64,000 nucleotides of DNA from Eukaryota sp. TZLM1-RC (GCA_040285825.1 JAUPSS010000001.1:124001-188000), one strand, 5' to 3'. Counted from the first letter of the stretch, positions 37,118 through 48,795 are shown. Notes: a model not told the origin generated them from the sequence alone. Numbers and translations are program-made.

Positions 37118-38356
37118 TCATCTATAATTAATACTAATTAGAATCGGATTGTCTATTGTTGGATCGACTACACTAACAATAGAATCATTAGCTAAATCAA
37201 TCAATTTTTTGTCTAAATTAGCCACAAACTGTTCTCTTAAAGATTTTGGGAAACTGTAAAAAATAGGTAATTCTCCAATAGAAATATTGGGATTTTTCAA
37301 CGAGTATTCTTTTAAAACTTCACCATTGCCAAGTTTTTCAATGAATTGTTTCAATAATATATCTTTTTCCAAATAAATTTCAATTACACTCAACCCACAA
37401 CAAACACAATTAGGATTCTTTTGCAAACCAACCATTGCTGAATAAATACCTTTCTTTACAGTGGAAGCTCTGTACATAGCAAAGTTATCAATAAGTGAAT
37501 ACAAACAAGTTACAACCTTAATTGCTTCAAAAACACAACAAGAAGCAACCAATGAGTTAGTACTGGCAACGGCTGGTATAACGTTCCGAACTACTGATTC
37601 AATCAATTTCTCGTTGATTCCAGTAATCTTGAACTGATTGCCATGATTAGTTGCCTCTTGGAGCAAAAGTTCAACATGCTCTTGATTGTCCACATCAAAA
37701 TTCTGTTCTGGGAATTTATCTGGCCAGACATGAAACAATGCATATTCAATACAATGTTCAGGAGATCTTGGTCTATTCGCTAGTGTACATATAGGAAATC
37801 TTTCCTGAGGGGGGTAAAGGTCGATGCACTCCATGCACGGTGTTACTGAAGGGACAATGGCTCTGAAGCTTCCGTCGAACCCTTCACACCCTCCATCTAT
37901 GAGTGGGATGATTTGGCCAAAAGAGCGTTGAATTTCAACCACAGTGCGGTTAAGGTACTTTCTTGCTTCAATGGAGTCTAAGCCCCCAATGATAACATTG
38001 AAAGAAGCAAACCAATCAATGGACATTTCTTCGATGCGACAATTGAATGATTTGATGTCTACATCGAATCGATCTTTAATGCTATCAGCGGCAGCTTCTG
38101 CTTTGTATCTTCCAACATCTGAGGGGGAAAACAGAAATTGGCGATTAAGATTGGAAGATTCAATTGTGTCCATATCGATAACGCTAATGTTTCTGAAACC
38201 AGAAAGAGCCAGGCACTTGAGGATCTCACAGCCTAATCCACCAGCTCCAACACAAAGAACATTAGCAATATATGTATCAGGTATTTCTTGGGGTACAAAT
38301 GCAGGATGAGCAAATGGACCAGACTCCTGGCAAGGTATAGACAAATCACCAAACAT
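37118..38356 (-). CDS. UBA3: NEDD8-activating enzyme E1 catalytic subunit
   Basis: GAGGLGCEILK, DMDTIE.SNLNRQFLF, FPICTLANRPR.PEHCIEY, NVIPAVASTN. Confidence 0.95.
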   Translation of the reverse strand: MFGDLSIPCQESGPFAHPAFVPQEIPDTYIANVLCVGAGGLGCEILKCLALSGFRNISVIDMDTIESSNLNRQFLFSPSDVGRYKAEAAADSIKDRFDVDIKSFNCRIEEMSIDWFASFNVIIGGLDSIEARKYLNRTVVEIQRSFGQIIPLIDGGCEGFDGSFRAIVPSVTPCMECIDLYPPQERFPICTLANRPRSPEHCIEYALFHVWPDKFPEQNFDVDNQEHVELLLQEATNHGNQFKITGINEKLIESVVRNVIPAVASTNSLVASCCVFEAIKVVTCLYSLIDNFAMYRASTVKKGIYSAMVGLQKNPNCVCCGLSVIEIYLEKDILLKQFIEKLGNGEVLKEYSLKNPNISIGELPIFYSFPKSLREQFVANLDKKLIDLANDSIVSVVDPTIDNPILISINYR

Positions 38357-38363
38357 TAGATGG

Positions 38364-38505
38364 GGAAATTTCCAACAAACACGATCAATTTTCGTGCGGA
38401 ATAGTTACATTAGGTACTATTCAAATACCGAGACCTTTCATTACCACTCATTTTGGCTTCAGCAATTGCAAACGTATTAAGGCATGTCGGGAAAAAGCTT
38501 TGTTT
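38364..38505 (-). mobile_element. Fanzor family 4 3' remnant (copy F) abutting the UBA3 start
   Basis: CLNTFAIAEAKMSGNERSRYLNST* plus a ~45-nt tail; clearly homologous to 59263-59408. Confidence 0.75.
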
Positions 38506-38762
38506 ATTGTCTATCAATTACGTTGTATGCTTCATTTTCATATTGTTCTAGCATTTCAGTTATTTCATTATTTATATATATATTATAAAATATCGTTTAA
38601 TGACAATTAACATTTAGCGATGATCCAAACTAGACACTAGATATTGTCAGAGGGCAGTCACCAATGCGCTGCAAAATACATTAATTAAAATACAAAGGTT
38701 TTATTGACTGTACAACTGCTGTTCAAACTACTCCCCAAACCACAAAGGAGAGCTGGAATAAA

Positions 38763-39266
38763 TCAGGCAGATCTCCAAGATCCACCACCTGAACGCTTGT
38801 TCTGGGAAGAATTAGACCTGTTGGACCCTTTAACAAAGGAACCCCTTCTTTTGTTGGGAGACTTGTTGCCACTGTTTTTCGAATTCGATGCCCTCCGTTT
38901 CTCCTCAATAGAGCTGTTATGCGCCTTGACCATGGTAGAGAATTTATCATAGAGTTCACGATCTGGGGGACTAGTTTCTTTAAGGCTCATGAGCTCTTCC
39001 TTGCTGAATACTTTTTTTGCTGAAGTGATTGTTGGGATGTCTGAATGAATAACGGTTGAGATATCTTCATGAATAGATTCAGCGTCTGACTGGGTTTCTG
39101 ACGCTTCAGAATCTGAATCTGAATCACTTAATACCCACAATTGGCTTTGGAAAGCCCGGCTTTTGCGAATCGAAGTATTGTTCTGTTGTGATTCAACGTC
39201 CATAGAAGGTGTTTCTACACCATTATCCAAAGCATGAAACATATCGAAGGGGTTGGAACTTATCAT
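38763..39266 (-). CDS. Small disordered protein with a putative eIF4E-binding-like motif
   Basis: Low-complexity 167 aa ORF containing KVFSKEELMSLK (Y/F-x4-L-phi like). Confidence 0.6.
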   Translation of the reverse strand: MISSNPFDMFHALDNGVETPSMDVESQQNNTSIRKSRAFQSQLWVLSDSDSDSEASETQSDAESIHEDISTVIHSDIPTITSAKKVFSKEELMSLKETSPPDRELYDKFSTMVKAHNSSIEEKRRASNSKNSGNKSPNKRRGSFVKGSNRSNSSQNKRSGGGSWRSA

Positions 39267-40289
39267 CTGCTTGATCTAGAGGTTGCTACAGGTGAGTAAA
39301 AATTCTGCTCAATTTTGAACTAATTTTAATTCAAGTCACCTCCACTTCATTATTATTCATCATTATTTATTACTATTATGCTATTCTGTTCCTACTTTAT
39401 CTTATCCTGTTTTTGTGAATTTCTTGACACTCTTATGCTGTTTCCTATACTCCAGAGTCATTCATCCCACAGTAAAGCCACTTCTATTGTTTTCAAAAGT
39501 TCAAAACACAGATGATTTCATTAATGGTACTGATGGGGACTTTTTTAATCATTTTATCGAGTTTTTCAAAAAAATGCTACTAAGAATTGAACAATATTAT
39601 ATTGAAACAAAGGTCTCAGTATAAATACGGATTAGTTTCGTATCATGACTGCTTTCTGAAACGTATTTTAGCTTGGGAATCTCTGACAACGGGGATTCTC
39701 AATATTAATTCAATAGTGAACACATGGTTTTGGATTTCTGGAAAATTATCCAACAGCATTCAATGAATTACAACCATTTCAAGAATATGAAGATTGAACT
39801 TAACCATTTTTAATAGCTCATCCTGAAGCGTTTGTTTCCACCACAATAAGCAAACGAAAAGCATTATTAAATTGCAAGAACAACTTAATTATATTGTCCT
39901 GTCATCACCTGATTCTCCAACAGGTGTACAAAGCTTATTTTTTCCATATTTTTTCCAGCATTACAGACTTTCTAACAATTCCTTGCAATTCACTATTTGT
40001 TTGCCCCCCCCCCAACGATCCATTTTTGTGTATAAGGGCACTTGGTAAACAGAAAAATAAAAATAGAAAGATTTAAAAAGATTCATTATCGGTGCCGGGC
40101 CTTGATTCACCAGAACAGTGAAATATAAATTCAATTAAAATATATCTGTATTTGTTTTTTCCTTCTTGGCTCACAATTATTTTGCTCCTCTACAAGCATT
40201 ACGAAGCATTATGTGACATTTCTTCGTCTCCAGATTGAGATTATTGAACATCCCCTACATTCACAGTTGCGTGAAAACCAACATTTAAT

Positions 40290-41490
40290 AGAACATTGTG
40301 TTAGTGATTATTGAGTGTCTCTGCAGAACGAAATTGAATGACTCTCTTCTCACATCTGGTCCTAATGCTTTTCTGCCGATATTCATGAAATTCCATTTAG
40401 AAGTTTAGTTTCCTACAGATTTGGCTACGCCCAGTTGCAGAAAAAGATATTAAGAGTTTTTCAAAACATGGATTTTACTGTTCGTCTTAGCTTGGCTAAA
40501 GACAACAATCCCGTTTTTGCCAACTTGTTAATTGATCTCAAGTGATGATCTGCGGGTGTTATGACGGGACATGACCTTATATGAAAAGTAGAGTAATTTA
40601 TTACAAGGGAATGAGGGTTTCCCTTAACTTAAGCGCATGGGCGCAATAATACAATAACTATTAATAAACTATTATAAATATTATCCAAGGCTAACACAAG
40701 GACAATAGCTCAAGTTGTCTCATTTCCCAACTTTTAATGTTTATGGTCTACTGTTAAATGACCAGCAATGGACAACTGCCCTAAGAATGAGGTGTTTTCT
40801 GTGGCCATGTAGTGTGCCAAATGATTTGATTTGTCGTTGTGGTCAGCTTATCAATCTGAATATTTATTTAATTGCAAATTTAATATCACATATCGCTCAG
40901 TTGTTCATGATGCTGTCAGAGATCAAGTATATGCTATGTGCAAAAGCCACCGTATTGAAGCTTTTGTTGAACCACTTGTGTGTAAATTGTCATCGGAAAA
41001 TGAAGATGAAAATACTTTCGGGAAACGCCGTGCTGATTTGATTACCACTGGGTCTGATGGTGTGATCAAAGTTGTTGATGTTGTCACTGTTGATGTTTGT
41101 AAGGAATCAGCAATTGATTTTTCTAAAAAAGGGAAACTCTACTCTGCTTCGCTGAAAAGAGCAAAATCAAAAAAATACAACGTACTTTTATCTTTATTTG
41201 GGTGTGTTGAGGATGTAAATGATCAGCTGGTTTTACTTTGCTGTTTCTCTTTTTGCAAATAATGGAATATCTGGTATAAAATTTCTCGAAGGTTTAAGAT
41301 GTTTAATAAAAGAAAGAGCAGGAAAAGAATTGAACTTTAATTTCTGGCACAATGAAATTGTGTTTGATATACTTAAAGCAATTCCAGAAAGGATAACCAA
41401 AGCATTGTTACAATAAGGAATATAATATGAAAATTCCATACTAAGGAGATTTGGTGCTGGTGATGCGTGTATTGAGGATATTGAGTTCTA
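40290..41490 (+). mobile_element. CRE-like RLE non-LTR retrotransposon 3' fragment, interrupted by a solo LTR
   Basis: LRMR..WP..LIC.CG, RSVVHDAVRDQ..CKSHRIE.F.EP, RRADL, VVDV..VD. Confidence 0.85.
40543..40696. mobile_element. Solo LTR (154 bp, TG...CA) with 4-bp TSD CAAG
   Basis: CAAG at 40539-40542 and 40697-40700; removal restores the RLE reading IDLKDNSSSCLISQ. Confidence 0.75.
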
Positions 41491-41730
41491 GTTTTTTGTT
41501 TAGTTGTTTTGTTTGCATTTGAAAGCAAAATTTAGTTGACAGTTGCATGGGATCTCATTTAGTATTGCAACCAATAGTGGAACCATTTATAAAAAAGCTT
41601 TACAAAATTGAAGTGACAAAGGCTTTGGAACAATAAATTGGTGTTAGGTCGTGTTGATATCAAAAATGAAGAAAAGGTAGGAAAACCCAAAAAATGAGAA
41701 ATTTTATTAAACTTATTTAATCAAATTTAT

Positions 41731-43812
41731 TTAATCGCTTTCACATCCGAATGAATTAAAATCCAAGGAGCTGGTTAGTTTTTCTTCCTCGCTATCTGTG
41801 TCACACCTAAAGGTGGATTGCTGAATCCCACAAAGCCCCGAATTCAGCAAGTTTAATGGTCCAAGGTTCAAACTTGATTGGAATGGTTTTTGACTGCATG
41901 ACGTGACATTTTGAGCTTCGGGAACATGTTTTTTGAGTAAAGTAACAGTGTTTGATAGATTTTGCACGATTTCTGATGGTAATTGGACACTATCAACAGA
42001 TCCAAGTAGACAATTACTAAGTTTGGCCAAATTACTCAACGTATCAGAGAGTTCAACTTGAGGCCGATTGCTTGAACTAGAAATATTAATGAAGGGAATG
42101 TTGGTTGTAATGGACAAAATCTCATAATACAAACTATAATCATAAGAAAAGAAGCTGGAATTAATCAATTTTGAATAAATATTTTGGAAATTGCTGTTAT
42201 TGATTAAAATATAAATAAAATTACCAGCAAAACTTCCTATTTTTTGTTTAAACTCAGCAAAACCAGCCGAGAAACAATCCAAATGAAGATGTAGGTGTTG
42301 AGGGAAACTAAGGTTCTCATTACAATGAAAGCAGTTACAATTGAGTGAAATGGGTTGGCAATTGAAGGAGCAAAAAGGAAGACAACGATTAGTGCAGGAA
42401 ATGGAAAAATCGGTCAAAAACGGAGACAAAAGGGTATTTAAGTAACAAACTATTTGGTTATTAAGCTTGAATTGTGCTCCAGGGCTCAAAATGCAGGTCA
42501 AAAAAGAAGAATCTTCAGGACTCAAGAGACTATTGAACACTTTTGATTTGACAAATGATTGATAACTACTAAAACCAATCAAATACTGATTGATTAGATC
42601 AATTTTTGAACTACTTAATGAAAAAAAACTAATATTTGCCACAACTAATTTTTCATTTTCTACTTTTGGAACTAACACAATATCAATTGAATTGGTTACT
42701 TGAATGGAAAATTTGTGATTAAAAGATTTTTTAACTAGACTGCTATTAAATAAAAACTTAACATTATTTGAATTGTTTCCACCTAAATATTGTTTTAGAT
42801 TTTCCGGTAAAATTTCTGAATCCACGGAAATTAAATAGATAACTGAATTAAATTGGGAAGAACTGAAACTTATTAGAAAAGTCTTCTCGTCGACTATCTT
42901 TATCAGTGAATGTGTATTTGAGGGTAGGAAATCGCCAAAATTGGAAAGATTGACAGCTTTGAGGGTGACTTGAGGAATGTTCGAATTAGGAAAGTATCTG
43001 GATTGATTAGTCAACTGTAGAGACAAGGGGTTAACAAAAGTCAAGGGATTTTCAGAGAATTCCTCGTTATTGAGCTCTTCACAAGCACTTTCTGCATCTG
43101 CTACACTGCCGTAGATCACAAATCCATCATTTTGGTCTAAATAAAGGCCAATTGCATTAGAAGAGGTCAAAATTTGGTTGACCTTCGACGAATTTTGATC
43201 TGAAACAATCCTCAACACGTTAAACTTTTCTCTTTCTTTCTTTGACAAAACTTCAACACTCTTCTTCTCTTTTCCGAAATCAAAAGCCCAAGAACTATTC
43301 CGATCGACTATTACCTCTTCATTGTTGGCAAACCTTATCAACACAGTTGAACCTACCCAAATCTTTTTCCCGTTGAGCGAGGTAAGGGCATTGGAAGCTT
43401 CATGGGATGACGTGTATTGAATGAAGGCGTGCAGGGCTTTCTTCTTGAACATTCGAATTTTCTCAACGAAACCAAATGGTGAAAAGGCTTCATGAACTGT
43501 GTGAACGTTGATGGGGTTAGGGGGATTGTGGATGGTGGTGAAAAGGATATGGTTGGAAGCGGGATCAGGCTGGGGGGTATATGTAGAAAAGGAGAGGCCG
43601 ATCTTCTCATCACGGATAGTGAGGTTGATGTTCTGGCAGTGATCGTGAGCCCTCATTGCTTCTTCCTTCGAGGTGAAGTGTAGTAGAGCGAGTCGTTGTG
43701 GTGATTTTATCTTAATCTGTGAAATTTGGAATTGTGGAAGAAGAGCAGAGATCTCAGAAGGCTGTATATCGGAAGGGACATTATGGAGGTGCAGAAGTGA
43801 GATCTGTCCCAT
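41731..43812 (-). CDS. PTB/hnRNP-L-like multi-RRM RNA-binding protein with a divergent C-terminal half
   Basis: LHLHNVP..ALL.F, IL..TIHNP..PINV..VH..FS.FG.VEKI..F.K....AFIQY. Confidence 0.8.
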   Translation of the reverse strand: MGQISLLHLHNVPSDIQPSEISALLPQFQISQIKIKSPQRLALLHFTSKEEAMRAHDHCQNINLTIRDEKIGLSFSTYTPQPDPASNHILFTTIHNPPNPINVHTVHEAFSPFGFVEKIRMFKKKALHAFIQYTSSHEASNALTSLNGKKIWVGSTVLIRFANNEEVIVDRNSSWAFDFGKEKKSVEVLSKKEREKFNVLRIVSDQNSSKVNQILTSSNAIGLYLDQNDGFVIYGSVADAESACEELNNEEFSENPLTFVNPLSLQLTNQSRYFPNSNIPQVTLKAVNLSNFGDFLPSNTHSLIKIVDEKTFLISFSSSQFNSVIYLISVDSEILPENLKQYLGGNNSNNVKFLFNSSLVKKSFNHKFSIQVTNSIDIVLVPKVENEKLVVANISFFSLSSSKIDLINQYLIGFSSYQSFVKSKVFNSLLSPEDSSFLTCILSPGAQFKLNNQIVCYLNTLLSPFLTDFSISCTNRCLPFCSFNCQPISLNCNCFHCNENLSFPQHLHLHLDCFSAGFAEFKQKIGSFAGNFIYILINNSNFQNIYSKLINSSFFSYDYSLYYEILSITTNIPFINISSSSNRPQVELSDTLSNLAKLSNCLLGSVDSVQLPSEIVQNLSNTVTLLKKHVPEAQNVTSCSQKPFQSSLNLGPLNLLNSGLCGIQQSTFRCDTDSEEEKLTSSLDFNSFGCESD

Positions 43813-43859
43813 TGGTGGAGATCAAGTAGTGGTGGTGGAGGGGGGAAGGGATCTTCTGT

Positions 43860-44025
43860 AGTTTTCATTTGAAATGCATACTTTTTCCAACATCATTCAA
43901 ACTTATTCCAAGAACTTTCATTCTTGGTGAGATCGTCCACAGACGTTCTAGAATCCTCGAATAATTGACCACCAATCTCAGTGAGCCCATTTCTCCTCTA
44001 GAACAATACGTAGCTTGAAACTAGC
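43860..44025 (-). ncRNA. Putative Fanzor omegaRNA scaffold, family 1 (homologs at ~6454-6620 and ~34365-34534)
   Basis: Conserved noncoding 3' tail with several stems, a GAAA tetraloop hairpin and a loop-to-downstream pseudoknot pairing; differences among copies are often G-U compatible. Confidence 0.65.
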
Positions 44026-44455
44026 TTCGTTGTGGTCTCTGGAACGCTTCTGGTCTTGTTCCATAGTAGTGCTCACTAATTGCAATTGATTTAATTGCTG
44101 ATTTAGTGATGCAGAAATGTCTCTAGACCATGATTGATTACATTCTGGACAACTGAAATAGGCGTTGTGAACTTTAACTTCGCCATCAACTTCTCGATAG
44201 ATCTTTTGGTGTAGCATCTTGCAGCAGTTCACCTTTGCAGATGTCATGTATTCTTCTCAGATCTTCACATTAGCAAATGACCATTGTAACAACTTGAGAA
44301 ACGCCTTACGTGGAGTTTTCATTTTATGACGTGATGTACCACCACCTCCATTGCTAAACCGCACCTTTACTTATCGACCGTTTGCAAATTTTTTCACTTT
44401 GTTGATAATTGAGCTGAATCTTTTCTGTTTTCTTGTAAAGAAGTCAAATGTGTAT
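43860..44455 (-). mobile_element. Fanzor family 1 3' remnant (copy B) with omegaRNA-like tail
   Basis: DFFTRKQKRFSSIINK..NGGGG..*EEYMTSAKVNCC..FSCPEC..WSRDISASLNQ. Confidence 0.88.
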
Positions 44456-45350
44456 TTTCGAAAACTTGGATTTGTTCGTCTTGGCTCGTCCAAAAAAGAT
44501 AATTCCGCTGTCGCAAATTTTTTGTTAGATGCCCAAAACAGTTTCTCTTCGTGTCTAATTACTCAGATTCCTCAAATTTATGGTCTTCTTTTAAATGATA
44601 CCGAATTTTCTTGTAGAATGCGACTTCTTTGTTTTATTTGGTTTGATAACGTGCCTCATAATTTGATTTGTAAATGTGGATAAAAAATTTCTCCAAATCA
44701 TTTATTCAATTGTAAACATTTTATTACTTTCCGATCAAAAGTTCATGATGCGGTAAGAGATCAACTCTATTGTATGTCAAAATCACATAGAATTGTTTCC
44801 TATTTAGAACCATTACTTTCCCGTTTGGTTGATGAAGATACTTTTCGTTTGGTCGAAATAGAGATGATTTAATGCTTGAAGGTCTTGAAGGTACTACCAT
44901 TATTACAGATGTGAGATCCACTGATGTTTGTAATGATTCTTTTATTCCAATGGCTCAATCAAAATATAGGGACCCCTTAACTGTTTCCGAAAAAGCCAAA
45001 ATTGACAAATACAAAGCAAAATTGTTATCCTTGAATGCTGATTCGCATACTCATTATGTCCTCTGTCCATTTGCAGTTTCCCTTCATGGCACGCTTGGAC
45101 CTCTTGCCTTGCTTTGTCTTTTCTGGATGATTTTGTTGAAATTGTAAAACAACGTACTGGAAGAGTTTATGACAAAACAGAATTGCATTTTCAATTTTCA
45201 AAGGTGTTGTTCCCTTATTATCTTCAGCTTTGTTATCTCTTGGACGCGTTTATGAAAGAAAAACCTCCAGTCAATTCTTCTTGGCTGATTTGGGTTAGGA
45301 AGACATAGAATTTTAACCTTGTCGTATAGTTTGTTTTTTATTGGAATAAA
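44456..45350 (+). mobile_element. RLE non-LTR retrotransposon 3' fragment
   Basis: QIPQIYGLLL..MR..LICKCG, RSKVHDAVRDQ, TDVRSTD, K..KY, CPFAVSL.G.LGP. Confidence 0.85.
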
Positions 45351-45635
45351 AATTAAAATGCATCAAAAAAAATTTAAAGGCCCAAAATCACAGAAATCTT
45401 CCAAGAGTTCAGCCATCCATAATTTTAGTTGATTTCATAAGTCATTATTGACCAGATAATTTTATTGATACGCTTTGGACTAGCAGGTTCTGGAGGAGGG
45501 CCATCGACAGCAAAAAACTGATCGTTCAATGGACGGGATGAAGCAGGTGTAGAGTCTTTACGAGATTCAGGATTTAAACATAAGAAAGCCTGGACAGGTT
45601 TAGGAGGACTATTGAAGGTGGTATCAAAATCCAAA

Positions 45636-47700
45636 AGAAACTGATGGTATAAGCCCAATTGCTGTTGGTGAATCTTTTTCTCGTTTGTTACCAACTATTG
45701 TCTTCGATCGTGTCAAAGACAAAGCTTCTAAATTTTTGAATCCTCAACAATTTGGAATAGAAACAATTGATGTTGCTGTTGCTGCTGTTGCCTTTCATAC
45801 TTGTTTATTGCAAAGAAAAATAACTTTATTTTTGATCTTTACTTTAAAAGTGCTTTTAATTCTGTAAAGCGAAAAGCAATGTTTGAAGTGATTAAATCTG
45901 ATTTTCCTGAGCTATTAAGTTTTTTAATCAGATTCAATATTTAATTCATTTGGTTTAAAATCATTTTTGGTGTGAAACAAGGTGATGCTTCAGGTATTTT
46001 TTGTTTTGTTTAGCTATTCACAAAACTCTAGATATCCTTAAGCAAAAATACCCTTCCATAACAACAGTTGCTTATATGGATGATATATCCATGATTGGTT
46101 CATTTGCTTTACTACAATTGGTTGCTCAAGAAATTGCCGATTGATATGGAAAATTTTGGGCTTTATCTTAATGCGAGCAAAAGCCTTCTGATTGGCTCTT
46201 CTGCTCAAGATCCTGTGATAAACGATTCTATTGTCCCTTTTACTCATTATAGTAGTGAAGCTTTTAAGTTCCTTGGTTGTTGGTTACGAAATGTGCCTCA
46301 AATTCAGAATGAATTGCAGGTTATTTTGGAAAAAATGAAATTGAACTTGATTCAATTTCTTCTTTAGATTTAGAAAAACATTTTAAATTTTTAATGCTTA
46401 AAATTTGATATACTGGGAGAATAACCCACATTTTGAGATCTTTGCTCCTTCCATAGCATTAGATTTTTGTGGTTCCGTTAATTCATTGAGAATAGAATTT
46501 TTTGCTGATTTATTGGATGTAGAACCAGGAATGTTGAAAAATCACTTATTTTCTTCAGCAAATTTGGGTGGTATTGGATTTACAAAATCTTCCATTTTGT
46601 GTCAATCAGCATTTTTGGGTGGATGCAAGAATTTTATTTATGATTTTTCTCGTAGATTTCCTGAAGATTCTCATCTGTGAGTTACCAGTTGCAGTCCATA
46701 TTTGAATGAGTTTTCTTGTGAACCTGATAGATTGCCGCCACAAATCTAGACCAAATGTTTTTTCCAATCAATTCAAGAAATTCCGAACCGATCTCTTTTT
46801 AACTTGCAATTTTGCTGTAAAAAACTTCAACAAAAAATGTCAAAGATTTTTGAAAGCTTGGATTTTGATGTTAGACTTTTGTAAATCTTTTACAAGATGT
46901 GTGTGATGGTTCATCTTCTGCCTTAGTAACAACAACTCCTCAAGTTTATTGCACCTTCTTAACTGATTACGCCTGGCTTTGAATATGAGATTTCGCTCCA
47001 TTATCTGGCCTGATAATTTACCTCATAATTTAATTTGTAAATGTTCTCGAAAAATTACAATTACTGATTTGTTAAATTGTAAACATTTTATTACTTTTAA
47101 AAGCAAAGTTCACGATGCTGTAAGAGACCAATTATATTGTAGGTGTAAGTTTCATAGAATTGAATCCTTCTTGGAACCTCTGTAGTCAAATCTGTTTGAT
47201 ACTGAAGATGATTTTCATAAGAATAACAGAGGTGATGTCAAATTACCTGGATTAGATGGTACCATTATTTTATTGGATGTAATGTCTATTGATCCTTGTG
47301 ATGCCTCAAATGAAAGGCTTGCTAATTCTGAAATTCATAATACTCTTCCAAATACTGAAAATTTAAAAATCAACAAAATAGAATGAACCTTTGTCCAAAT
47401 TGTCCAGCCAACAGTATGCAAAATATAAATTGTATTTTCTCTATTTGTTTTCACTTGCTCCAACGGCTATACGTTTTGTGGCAGATTTTGAAATGATTGT
47501 AAAGAGAAGAACTAACAGAAATTTCAACAGATTGTTTTGGCAAAATAGAATTGTGTTTTCTATTTGTAAGGGTGTTGAACATGGTTTCTGATGCCTTGCA
47601 TTGTGTTGGATCTCACTATGAAAGAGTTGCATCTAGTGTTTTTGTTTTGGGAGAGATTCATTATTTGGATGTTGATTTATAGGTTTTTAATAAAATTGAT
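45636..47700 (+). mobile_element. Degraded CRE-like RT-RLE non-LTR retrotransposon
   Basis: DGI.PIAVGE, QQFG, AFNS, GVKQGD, AYMDD, LGGIGF and RLE motifs; many stops. Confidence 0.88.
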
Positions 47701-47759
47701 AATTAAAAAAACTCCAAAGGAAAAGATATAACATGGACAGTTTAAGAGGGGGCTTGAGT

Positions 47760-48795
47760 GTTTTCCTCTGATTGTTCAAGAAATTTCCAACCGATCACTC
47801 CAAAATTTACGTTGTTGCCTACAAAAGCTTCAGCACCAACTGGTTAAATTATATGAAAGCTTGGATTATGAAGTTGGACTTGGCTTGGCCAAAACTGAAA
47901 ATCCTGCTTTCGGAAATTTTTTAAGGGACATTCGTGATAGTTCTGCTGCTGATGTAGTAATTCAAATTCCCTCTGTTTATGGACTTTTGTTAAAGAACAA
48001 TGAATGGCTTTTAAACATGCGTTTTCGTTGTTTTCTATGGCCAAACAATTTGCCCAATCATTTAACATGTAAATGTGGTAAACCTCTTTTGTTTACTCAT
48101 CTTTTGAACTGTAAACATTTCATTACATTTAGAAGTAAAGTGCATAATACTGTCAGGGACCAAATTTATGTAATGTGTACATCATATCGAGTAGATTCCT
48201 TTTTAGAGCATTTGTTATCAAAATTTATCCTTGATGACTCCAATATTGATAGTACGCGCTACAAGAGAGCTTCTATGGGTCTGACAAGAGGTGATCTGAT
48301 TGTTCCCGGTTTAAATGGTAGTTTTACTATTTTAGACGCCATGTCCATTGACCCTTGTAAATCTGCTAACGAACATTTCATTAACTCAGATGTAAATAAT
48401 CCTCTTCTTGCTGGCGAAAAATATAAAATTGCTAAATATGCGAAACCCATTTCCTCAGTTAATGAAAATTCTGATGCCCAATATAATTTATGTCCTTTTG
48501 TTTTTTCTTTGCTTGGATCTCTAGGTAAGGCTGCTATGGCTTTCCTTGAGGATTTTGTTGTAATTGTGAAGGAAAGAACTTGAAGAATTTTCAATCGTGT
48601 TTACTGGCAAAGCAGGATTGTATTTTAATTTTTTAAGGGAATGGTAAAACTAATTTCTGATTCACTCTCTTCATTTGGGAAATTTTCTGAATCTTTAGTA
48701 ATTAATTGTTTTGATGTAGGGGAGGCAGGTTTTGAGGATGTTGAGTTTTACCTGTGTATGTTACGTTTTCATATTCCTTATTAAATGAATAAATG
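47760..48795 (+). mobile_element. RLE non-LTR retrotransposon 3' fragment
   Basis: ORF 47861-48583 with CKC..HLLNC..RSKVH, RGDL, LDAMSID and EK.K..KY. Confidence 0.88.
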
